A stretch of 64,000 nt of DNA, from the NCBI RefSeq assembly GCF_000142905.1, contig NW_013657666.1, positions 196,631-260,630 of the forward strand, written 5' to 3'. Each line of letters opens with the position of its first letter. Positions within the stretch are counted from its first letter, which is position 1. A program made the translations under genes and the position numbers. The notes beneath the pieces were generated by a model. That model was given only the letters and a program-made list of their open reading frames with translations, was not told the origin of the DNA and searched no databases. This stretch comes from Thecamonas trahens ATCC 50062. Lineage: Eukaryota; Protista; Apusomonadida. Below, one piece after another: positions 31,001 through 38,785 of this stretch.

Positions 31001-31135
31001 GATGACGCTCAGGCCCAGCCGATTAACTACGCCAAGTGGAAGGTTGTTGAGCTTCGTGCTGAGCTCTCATCCCGTGGCCTCTCGACCGCCGGCCGCAAGG
31101 CTGACCTGGTCAAGCGTCTCGCCGATCTACAGTGA
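28067..31135 (+). CDS. Ki-67-type FHA + TPxK tandem repeats + acidic block + four SAP domains (1022 aa)
   Basis: FHA: IDKSG.D...CTFGR.PECDVRVQ...VSRQHC...NLSSTN.T...RYFRYE. Fourteen copies of MATPMKK. Four copies of YxKWKVxxLRxELSxRGLxTxGRKAxLxxRL. Confidence 0.85.
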   Translation: MSIVVIDKSGADRMRVPLHGTCTFGRAPECDVRVQKSDVSRQHCQLAIDENGKCVLTNLSSTNATYVDSEAVETHMILESGMMFAVGPRYFRYEAPEGIAVSKKAEATPEPAPTAAPAPSSVVKAVQPVPAFQWTESEASPTTQAKSQQLRAMQTPLRREIAARGSRPNPVFQDKANKMATPLKRALFQEAQARQRTFAEFSDADADASFASDATDTELGMFEDEELSIIAPRKLMQVLNTPLKEDIAKRGATKLDVVYVSDAPVMATPMKKAIRKRGAAKREVVPVADAPVMATPMKKAIRKRGAAKREVVPVADAPVMATPMKKAIRKRGAAKREVVPVADAPVMATPMKKAIRKRGAAKREVVPVADAPVMATPMKKAIRKRGAAKREVVPVADAPVMATPMKKAIRKRGAAKREVVPVADAPVMATPMKKAIKAKANASRIPTPKTMATPMKKAIRKRGAAEREVVPVTDAPTMATPMKKAIKAKASESRIPTINTAPVMATPMKKAIKAKASESRIPTINTAPVMATPMKKAIKAKASESRIPTINTAPIMATPMKKAIKAKASESRIPTINTAPIMATPMKKAIKAKASESRIPTINTAPIMATPMKKAIKAKAAEPRAAVSKPIEENSSQHKKTSKSKKKKRSAVRKPIKHAQPKEYVPKAAPAAVKVAAKVVAEVKAEVESEVEAEVEVESEVEAEVEAEAEVEVESEVEADEVEAESEVEAEVEVEAEVEAEVEVEVESEVKAEVEVESEVESEVEVEVESEVEAEVEVESEVESEVEAEVEQEVEVINYSKWKVVELRAELSSRGLATTGRKAELIARLESAPTDAADSAAAAVEAEAEVEAEPKIEAEPKIEAINYSKWKVAELRAELSARGLATTGRKAELVARLEANASAPVCSSAAAEETEPTPESEAQTVDYSKWKVAQLRTELSTRGLDTTGRKAELVARLQTAGDASTTDAIKVADQAIDADDAQAQPINYAKWKVVELRAELSSRGLSTAGRKADLVKRLADLQ
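28862..29925 (+). repeat. Coding tandem repeats: six near-identical 81-bp units, two intermediate units, five 78-bp units and a partial unit
   Basis: Units start at 28862, 28943, 29024, 29105, 29186, 29267, 29348, 29417, 29498, 29576, 29654, 29732, 29810 and 29888; each begins ATGGC(G/A)ACGCCGATGAAGAAGGC. Confidence 0.95.
30108..30452 (+). repeat. Coding (GAGGTC/GAGGCT/GAGTCC)n low-complexity repeat encoding an E-V/A/S acidic block
   Basis: Seen directly. Confidence 0.9.
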
Positions 31136-31149
31136 GGTATCGTGTCGCG

Positions 31150-32370
31150 TTAAATGTGTACTCTTGCAACCCCGGAGTCGGCGTCAGCAGCACAAAGACG
31201 TGGCCAGCGACTGGAGCGCGACCGGCGTAATGTGACTTTTGTGTCGGCGACAGTCAGCGCTAGCCGTCCGCCGCTCTCGTCTGCGCGCACGATGTCATTC
31301 GGTGTCGCTGCAGAAGCCCACCGCAGCGCGATCGACGACGAGCCCGGGCGGATCGATCGCCCCAGTACTAGATCATCACCAAGGGCGGAAACCAGAGTAC
31401 CGTCATCTCTTTTCTGCCACAGCTGGTTGGCCCAATGCCGCTTCCGTGCCCGCCGCTTCCGATAGAGCACGACACGTGCCCCGTCATCGGTCTGCCCGTA
31501 GTCGACATCTACGACGAGTCCGGAGCTGGCGTGCTCAAGATGCATCCAAGGTGCAAACTGCGACGCGACGAGGGAAAATCCATCGATGGTCTCTTGCACC
31601 CGGGCCGTGTATGCCAGCTCTATCACGGCAGCATGCGGAATCATGTCAAACGCTGCGTTGACAAAGGTGGTGCCATCTCGGACCTCACTGTGCGCGCCGT
31701 ACTGGTGAACGTGGCCGAAAAGATGGAGCCGGGCAGACGAGGCAAGAACCCGCTCGCGAAGGGCGGCATCTCCCCAGTGGCGTCGCCACGCTGGATGGAC
31801 TTTTCCGCATACACGACACTCGTAGTCGCTCCCGCTCCGTCCATTCGACGCCAGATCGAGGATGCCTGCCGGAGGCATGTGTGTGACGATGACGTCGACG
31901 TCTTCGGGACAGGTTTGCCATCGCGAGGCCCTCGCTGCAGCGTCCGGCTCGCCAAACATGTGGCTTCGCGACGCACTTGTCCACGGCGATCCCCAGACCC
32001 GCAGCCCAAAGGGAGCCACGATGGTGTCCGAGTCCTGCAGGTAGTGGGTCGCGTTGTCCAGCGCTTGGCCTATCTCGTCCGCGCTCATCCCTTTGAACGC
32101 GATGTCATGGTTGCCGAGCACAACAATCCTGGCCTCATACTCGAGCGCTAGCTCGCCGAGCCAGGCGTTAAAGTCGCGGGCGAGTGCTTTGCGCTCTTTA
32201 CGCGGCGCGTGGCGATCGATAAAGTCCCCCGAGACCACCAGCACATCGCCCGGTGGCAGAGCAGCCGTCGTCTCGCGATGCCGCCCGTGCAAATCTGACA
32301 GATGCACGATCGTCACATGGTCCGACCCGCTCCCTGCACTCACACTATTCACCATCAGTGTGTCATCCAT
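31150..32370 (-). CDS. Calcineurin-like metallophosphoesterase (MPPED/239FB-like) with a C-terminal ricin-B-like segment
   Basis: SDLHG, SGDFID, GNHD, VTHMPP, HLFGHVH. Tail SSGLVVDV...DGARVVLY...NQLW. Confidence 0.85.
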   Translation of the reverse strand: MDDTLMVNSVSAGSGSDHVTIVHLSDLHGRHRETTAALPPGDVLVVSGDFIDRHAPRKERKALARDFNAWLGELALEYEARIVVLGNHDIAFKGMSADEIGQALDNATHYLQDSDTIVAPFGLRVWGSPWTSASRSHMFGEPDAAARASRWQTCPEDVDVIVTHMPPAGILDLASNGRSGSDYECRVCGKVHPAWRRHWGDAALRERVLASSARLHLFGHVHQYGAHSEVRDGTTFVNAAFDMIPHAAVIELAYTARVQETIDGFSLVASQFAPWMHLEHASSGLVVDVDYGQTDDGARVVLYRKRRARKRHWANQLWQKRDDGTLVSALGDDLVLGRSIRPGSSSIALRWASAATPNDIVRADESGGRLALTVADTKVTLRRSRSSRWPRLCAADADSGVARVHI

Positions 32371-32556
32371 CGCTCCACCACACACCCTGGAACCTGGTCT
32401 GCCTGTTCACGATCGCCTTCATTGCCCTTGCCGCCGAGCCAGTTTTTGATGGTGGTAGGCGTCGAAGACCCGCGAAGGAAAGAAGGAATTCGCCCAGCCA
32501 TCGCTGACAGCATCGACCGCCACTGCCCACCACTCCACCCGCCCGACCCCCACCCT

Positions 32557-35433
32557 ATGAGCCAGCAAGCGGCTGAGGACGCGTTTGCAGCACTTGCCCA
32601 GGCACACACCAGTGGCATGGCGTCGGCAGTGGCCAGAGTGGTCGACGCAGCTCCACCGCCGCCGCATGGTGCGGTCCTGCTCCCCAGCCTGGCCATGCTT
32701 GCCTACGCACTGCCGGAGCCAGACAGCGACGTGGTGGAGCGGGAGGCCGAGGCGTCGGCCGCCGCGGACAAGATTGCCGGCTATCTCGACGCGCACTTCC
32801 AGGCACCAGCGATCCTTGCCCTGCTCGACGCCGGGCTGGCCTGGCAGGCCGATGCGCCGCGTCCGGTCCCGCCCAAGGATCCGGCTGGCTTTGCCGCCGC
32901 CGCGCCTCCCAGCCAGCTCGCTGTCGCCGCTGACCTGCCGCCGGCGTTGCTGGCCGACACAGCGGCGGCGCCGCGGGTCACTGCCGCACTGGCGGTCGGT
33001 CTCTTGACCGGCGTCGCCGAGCCCGAACGGGTCTTTTCCCACCTCGCTGCTGCTGCGGCCGCCACTGCCGAGCCCGGGCCAGTGGTGGCGCGCATGGCTG
33101 CCCTCCTCGCCAATGCACCGTTTCTCTTCCCGGTCGCGCTCCGCGCCATCGTCGCCTGTGACAATCCAGAGCCGAGTCTGGTGGCGCTGCTGGTCCGTCT
33201 TCGGCCCGATGCGCTGCAAGCGGTCCGCGCTGGCCTCCTCGCCCATCCAACGGGTCCGCGGGCCATTGCTGCGGCCCTGGAGTTGACACTGGCCCACGCT
33301 CGCGCCGAGCTGCCAGCGGTTGTCGAGGCTGCGCTCGCTTTGCCGGAGTGTGTGGCCAAGCTGGCAAGGGATGGCGGCCTTGACGCGGTGGTGGACGCGC
33401 TGGTGTCGGTTACTCCGGCCAGTGCCGGCCCAGCGCATGTTGCGGCCGCGCTCAAGCTGATTGCGGCGATTCTGGGCGTGGCCAAGGCCAGCGTCGGAGA
33501 TGACGTGCTTGTGCGGGCGCTTCAGCTCATCACCGCGCATGCTGGGCGCTCGGGCTTGGTCTGCCGCATCGGGCTCTGCTTCCTGCTCGTGGTACCGAGC
33601 CTCACCGCCGCTGTCGGCAACGATACAGTGTGGGAGGCGCTGCGGGCGCTGCGAACGAGCTCCGAGGCGACGAACCTACTCCTTCTCATTTCGATCCACT
33701 TTCACACTGGTGCGCACGTGGCGGTGGCCGACACGGTGCGGCGGCTGCTTGGTATGCGGGTCGCACTCCACAACGAGTCGCTCTCGGCGATGGCCAAGCT
33801 CTTCACCTCTGTGCAGCTGTTCGACGAGCGCGAAGTGGCGCGGTCTGCGCCGCAGCTTGTGGTCCCGTCACCGCTGACGGCGAGTGCGGCGTCGCACTCG
33901 ACGGCCCTCGAGTCGATGTACCACCTGTGCAAGTCGTCGGTCCTCACCCGGCATCAAGTTGATGTTTCGGCTTGGGTGTGGGATGCGGTGGCTGCAGCCG
34001 ACTATCCGCTGCATCCGCTGCTGCCTGCGCTGGTCGCGGGACTTGTGGCGTCTTCGGATCCATCGCTTCCTTGGTCGATGGCGCTGTTTGAGCTCGACGC
34101 TCTTAGCAAAGCGCTCGAGGCCAAGACCGGCGCCCTGGCGCGGCCGCTGTCGGCTTCGGCTGTTCTGCTCATCTTTTACGTGTTGAGTGTCAACTACCGA
34201 GCGCTGACCGCAAGTTCGAGCACGATCGCGGCGTGCAAGTACCCCGATGAGTTTGTAGAGGCGCTGCCTTTGCAGGCGCTGTGGGTGCAAATGGCGTCGG
34301 AGCGGGCACCGCTTGGGAGCAAGGATGCTTCGGGCCTCGCGCTGGTTGAGCCGGCAATGGCCAAGATGATGCTCGGACTTGCGCCGCACGCGTTTACGGT
34401 AGTCCAGCTGGTGGCGATGGGCACAACGGCACTGCCGGCAGCGCACATGCCGCCCATCTCGCTCTTTCGGCGGCAGCGAGAAGCGATGGCTGCAACGGGT
34501 GCCGAGTTGGCGGCCGAGGTGGAGAGCGCTGTCCGCGACGGTGACGGGCCGCTGCTGGCCACGGCGCTGGAGCGCGGAGCGGTATGGATGTGGCGGATGC
34601 GCGGAGCGGGAGGCAACAAGCTCCGGAGCGCGGTGGTGAAGCATGTGGTGGGGCGCGAGGTGGCCGGCGCCCTCAGCAGCACTGCGTCAGCCGCGCTGTA
34701 TTGGCTGCTCTGGGGTGCGATGCAAGAGACAGCTTGGCAGGTGGTGTGCGAGATTGTGGCGCATCTGCAGGAGGCGCCGACGCTGACGCCGGCGCAGCTG
34801 GCGCACGACCCGCTGCTCTTTCTGCGCCTGCCAGACGAGGCATTTACCGTTGCGCCTCTGGTCGAGCTTGTGCTTCATGGCCTGCATATGGGCCTTGCGG
34901 CGGCGACCTCGTCTGTGTTGCGGACCAAGGCCGGGACTCGGGAAGAGACGTCGACGTTGCTGATGGGCCAAGAGTGCGCAGTGGTGCTGATGGCCATCGA
35001 GGCTGTTGGCGTGGCCGCGCGCGAGGGTGCCGAGGAAGCGATGGCAGTTCTCTGCCAGTTTGTGCACGAGAAGTTCATTGCCAACGTCCTGCTCTGCAAA
35101 CTCGTGCACTTTCAGATGTACAGTCCTGAGCTCATTCCGTTGCTTGTGGCCGGCGTGCCGTCAATGCATGTGGCATCGTCGTTTATGCCCGAGTTGCTGA
35201 TGGCGCCGTCGACAGAGCACGTCCGGTTTGGCATCCTGGTCATGGCTGCACTTGCGGAACGATACCCGCTGCCGAGCATGTGTGACGTAGCTGGCCTTGC
35301 TGTTGGGCGCGCCAGCGAGGTTGCCGGAGAAGGCGATTCCATCATCAGCGCGGCGGCCGAGCAGCTGCGTGAGGTCTTTGGCGCGCATCTCCGGCCACAC
35401 ACCCGACCCGGCGGCGAGCCTGGCCGCGGATAA
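32557..35433 (+). CDS. INTS2: Integrator complex subunit 2
   Basis: LLLLISIHFH...LGMRV and C-terminal CQFVHEKFIANVLLCKLVHFQMYSPELIPLLVAGVPSMH, matching the conserved INTS2 motif (...KLVHFQGY..L....V.GIPSMH). Confidence 0.85.
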   Translation: MSQQAAEDAFAALAQAHTSGMASAVARVVDAAPPPPHGAVLLPSLAMLAYALPEPDSDVVEREAEASAAADKIAGYLDAHFQAPAILALLDAGLAWQADAPRPVPPKDPAGFAAAAPPSQLAVAADLPPALLADTAAAPRVTAALAVGLLTGVAEPERVFSHLAAAAAATAEPGPVVARMAALLANAPFLFPVALRAIVACDNPEPSLVALLVRLRPDALQAVRAGLLAHPTGPRAIAAALELTLAHARAELPAVVEAALALPECVAKLARDGGLDAVVDALVSVTPASAGPAHVAAALKLIAAILGVAKASVGDDVLVRALQLITAHAGRSGLVCRIGLCFLLVVPSLTAAVGNDTVWEALRALRTSSEATNLLLLISIHFHTGAHVAVADTVRRLLGMRVALHNESLSAMAKLFTSVQLFDEREVARSAPQLVVPSPLTASAASHSTALESMYHLCKSSVLTRHQVDVSAWVWDAVAAADYPLHPLLPALVAGLVASSDPSLPWSMALFELDALSKALEAKTGALARPLSASAVLLIFYVLSVNYRALTASSSTIAACKYPDEFVEALPLQALWVQMASERAPLGSKDASGLALVEPAMAKMMLGLAPHAFTVVQLVAMGTTALPAAHMPPISLFRRQREAMAATGAELAAEVESAVRDGDGPLLATALERGAVWMWRMRGAGGNKLRSAVVKHVVGREVAGALSSTASAALYWLLWGAMQETAWQVVCEIVAHLQEAPTLTPAQLAHDPLLFLRLPDEAFTVAPLVELVLHGLHMGLAAATSSVLRTKAGTREETSTLLMGQECAVVLMAIEAVGVAAREGAEEAMAVLCQFVHEKFIANVLLCKLVHFQMYSPELIPLLVAGVPSMHVASSFMPELLMAPSTEHVRFGILVMAALAERYPLPSMCDVAGLAVGRASEVAGEGDSIISAAAEQLREVFGAHLRPHTRPGGEPGRG

Positions 35434-35462
35434 AGCCACAACCCTAACAATCGCTGCCCTTC

Positions 35463-36557
35463 TCACTTGGAAATCCAGACGACCGGAACCTCAGCGTGGG
35501 TTACCACGTGCTGCGAGACCGAGCCGAGGGCAAACATGCCATCTGCCGTCGAGTCGCGGCATCCGAGAGCAAGCACGTCGATGCCTTCGGCGTCAGCGAC
35601 GGCACAGATTTGCGACCCCGGGTGCCCGACCTGGAATTCTGTCCGAGCGGTGATGCCGTAGTCGGCGAGCACGGCCGGTAGCGAATTGAACAAGGCTTTG
35701 GCCGGGCGCTTTTCGTACTGGTCGTCCGAGACACCGACAGCTTCCTCGACCGAGAGGACCGAGAGGAGAATGAGGGTGTCGTCAGGTCGGATGATTGGAA
35801 CGAGCGAGGCGACTGCGCGGAGCGAGGACGGGAAGCCCTCCGGCCGCATGTCCATGGCCACCATCCACTTGGCTGGCCCGTCGTTGCAGGCGACGTCGTA
35901 CGGCAGCGGCGCCTTGGCGATCATGGTGGGGAGCGGCGCCAACTTGGCGAGGGAGGCCGAGACCGAGCCGAGGAGCCACGATGAGATTCCGGACCGGCCG
36001 CGCGAGCCGAGCACCAGCAGATCGATGGGATCGTGGACAAAGCCGGGACGGACGCATTCGTCGCCGCCGGGACAGCGGGCAGCGTTGGCGCGGCTCCGCT
36101 CGGCGTAGTCGAGCAGAGCATTCTTGGGCTTGGACGAGATGATGACGTCGAGCACAGCGTCAAAGCCCGAATCGACAGCAGCATCGAGCGCTTCTCCGGC
36201 AAAGACCGCGTCATCGGCCTCGTCGCCCGTGAGGTTGGCGGTGGGATAGGGACGGCCGATGCCCGCCGCGTCCTTGAAGGCCACCAGGAAGTCAGCGTAG
36301 TCCTGCTCGTCGGCGAGCGGATGAACGTTGTCATGGGCAAGGCCTGTGGCCTGTAGAGCCTTGGCAACAAGCCCGTGCTTGTGGTGCAGCACCATGATGA
36401 GCGTCAGCCTGTCCGCGTCCTTGCGGAGGACCACCAGCGCCGACGAGAGCGCCGTCCGCGAGTGGGGCGAGGCGTCGAGGGCGATGGCCACGTGCCGCCC
36501 GCCGGTCTCGACCAGCTCCGGATCCCACCTGTACGATGATTGAGTGTTGTCGGCCAT
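35463..36557 (-). CDS. Universal stress protein, two USP domains
   Basis: HVAIALDASPHS...DLLVLGSRGRSGISSWLLGSVS, then MVAMD...IDVLALGCR...LGSVSQHVVTHAEVPV. Confidence 0.88.
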   Translation of the reverse strand: MADNTQSSYRWDPELVETGGRHVAIALDASPHSRTALSSALVVLRKDADRLTLIMVLHHKHGLVAKALQATGLAHDNVHPLADEQDYADFLVAFKDAAGIGRPYPTANLTGDEADDAVFAGEALDAAVDSGFDAVLDVIISSKPKNALLDYAERSRANAARCPGGDECVRPGFVHDPIDLLVLGSRGRSGISSWLLGSVSASLAKLAPLPTMIAKAPLPYDVACNDGPAKWMVAMDMRPEGFPSSLRAVASLVPIIRPDDTLILLSVLSVEEAVGVSDDQYEKRPAKALFNSLPAVLADYGITARTEFQVGHPGSQICAVADAEGIDVLALGCRDSTADGMFALGSVSQHVVTHAEVPVVWISK

Positions 36558-36857
36558 GATGCGCAAAGGTAGAGGAGTGGGGTATGGTATGGCAGGCGCA
36601 AGGGCAGAGGTAAGAGGAGGAACCCCCAGACTCACCGTGTCGCCTGACTGACCCACCACCACCAACCCGCGATGAAAGGAACAACGGCATGGGCCACCCA
36701 ACCAACTGAATGAACCAACCAACATGTCAGACGGGCAGGCCCCACCCCCCCCCCCCCCACCCCACACACACGCCCCTACCCACTCCACTGTCTACCACTC
36801 AAGCACACCACACACACCACACTTCACACACTCCTCCCTCCCTCCTCCACACACAGC

Positions 36858-38561
36858 ATGGCACGGTACCTCAGCATGCGCGAGGAGGCGTTCGTCATCT
36901 GGATGAACGATGTCCTTGGTGCCACACACCCCGAGGTCGGCGAGGTGGCCCGGGTCGCCCAGCTCGCGGACGGCCTCGTTCTTCCAGGCCTGGTGGAGGC
37001 TCTGGGCGTGGCCAAAGGCGTCCGGTTTCACCCGCCGCCGCTGGAGCCGCAAGCTGCTGACGAGAATCTGACACTGGCCCTGGAGGCGCTCTCGCGGGCG
37101 GGGCTCGACCACGGCCTCGACGCGGCTATGCTGGCCGAGGCCGAGACCAAGAGCCTGCTCTCGCTGCTCTGGCTTGTGGTGGCCAAGTTCCACGTGGGCG
37201 CTGGCATGGATGCTGACTTTTCCGCCTCACGGGCCACCGCCATCAAGGCCGTCACCTCGCGTCTGCTCAAGTGGGTCTCCGCCACCGCCGCACACATGGC
37301 CTCGCAGGGCGAGGCACCCGAGAAGGCCTCCAACTTTAGCTCTTGCTTCCAGAACGGCCGCCTTCTTGCCCTGCTGCTTGAGGCGACTGCCGCCCGCGAT
37401 CCGGCGCTCGCTGCAGACATCTCACTGCAGCTCTACTCGTCGCCGGCGTCGCCGGACATTGTCGCCCAGCTCGCTGCAGTCTTTGACCGTGCAGAGGCCG
37501 CCCTCTCCATTCCGCAGGTCCTCGCACCGCACCCGACGCTGACTGATCCGGACCCATTTGCCATCATGACATACGTGGCATACTTTCGCAACCTGTGCGA
37601 AGCCTCGGCGTCGAGCCCATCGCCGCCGGCAGCCGCCGCAGCCGCCGCAGCCCGCCACCCGCCACGCTCGCTTGCCGCCAAGCTCGCAGCCCGCAAGGCC
37701 TCGCGGACTATGTCTGGCCGCACTATGTCTGGCGCTTCGATGGGCTCCGCCATCCGAGCCGCTCGCGAGCGCGACGCGCTCCAGCGCCGCGTTGCTGTCC
37801 TCGAGGCCGAGGTTGAGGACGCGCACGCTGCCGCCGCCAAAGCCCGCGCCCTCCTCGAGGCCTCCGAGGCCAAGGTCGCCGACCTCACCGACGCCCACCA
37901 GCACTCGGTACTTGACGACCAATACACAGGCACGTCATCCGCTCAGTCGCCTCGCGGTGCGGCGAGCAACGATGACTCGGTCTCCGCCATGCAGGACGAG
38001 CTGCAGGCCCTCACCGACCGTCTCCTCGCTGAGGCCGCCGCCGAAGCTGACCTGCAGAAGCAGCTCGCCGCCGCTCGCGAGCACATGACCTCGTCTGAGC
38101 GCGAGATGGCCGACCTGGCGTCAGCTAATTCGGAGCTCCGGTCCGCCCTCGAGGCTTCGCACCAGCGCCGCGACGCCGTCATGGCCGAGCTCGCCGCTTA
38201 CCGCAATCGCGCCGAAAAGCACCTCGCATCCAAGGCCACCCTCAAGATGCAGCTCTTCACCGCAAAGTCACGCCTTGCAAAGGCCGATGAGCAGCTCGCG
38301 GCCTCCAAGGCCCTTCTCAAGAAGGCTGAAAAGACTGCTTCAAAGACAACCAAGAAGTACGAGAAGCTCAAGGACAAGAACGAGAAGCTCTTTGATCGCC
38401 TGGGCATGGTCAAGGAGGCGGCAGAAGCCGAGCGCAAAAAGTACCGCCGTGCACAGCTCGCCCTCTACGTCGAAGACTGCAAGCGCGCAGACTACGTTCT
38501 CGCCGATGTCCTCGCCCGCCAGCGCCTTGACGAGCTCGCAGCCTCGGCCGCGTGCAGTTGA
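36858..38561 (+). CDS. Tandem calponin-homology actin-binding domain + coiled coil (cortexillin-like architecture)
   Basis: EEAFVIWMN, LADGLVL..LVEAL, ENLTLAL, LLSLLWLVV, LLKWV, NFSSCFQNGRLL, DPDPFAIMTYVAYF, then a long coiled coil with a basic end. Confidence 0.8.
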   Translation: MARYLSMREEAFVIWMNDVLGATHPEVGEVARVAQLADGLVLPGLVEALGVAKGVRFHPPPLEPQAADENLTLALEALSRAGLDHGLDAAMLAEAETKSLLSLLWLVVAKFHVGAGMDADFSASRATAIKAVTSRLLKWVSATAAHMASQGEAPEKASNFSSCFQNGRLLALLLEATAARDPALAADISLQLYSSPASPDIVAQLAAVFDRAEAALSIPQVLAPHPTLTDPDPFAIMTYVAYFRNLCEASASSPSPPAAAAAAAARHPPRSLAAKLAARKASRTMSGRTMSGASMGSAIRAARERDALQRRVAVLEAEVEDAHAAAAKARALLEASEAKVADLTDAHQHSVLDDQYTGTSSAQSPRGAASNDDSVSAMQDELQALTDRLLAEAAAEADLQKQLAAAREHMTSSEREMADLASANSELRSALEASHQRRDAVMAELAAYRNRAEKHLASKATLKMQLFTAKSRLAKADEQLAASKALLKKAEKTASKTTKKYEKLKDKNEKLFDRLGMVKEAAEAERKKYRRAQLALYVEDCKRADYVLADVLARQRLDELAASAACS

Positions 38562-38785
38562 ACTGCGCCTGCCGGCCAGCCATGCGTGTCGCTGCCCGAC
38601 AAAGACTGTCCGCACTTTCGCCGGCTTTGACCGCGACAACCATCAATAACAGCCCAAGCCGCCGCACCACCAACGCCCACCCGCACCCCTCCCAACCATC
38701 GCCCCTCTCACCCACCGCCTCTCTCACCCTCCCCTTCCACCCACCATCTCATCATACAACCCCCACCACCCCTGGTCGTCTCGGT

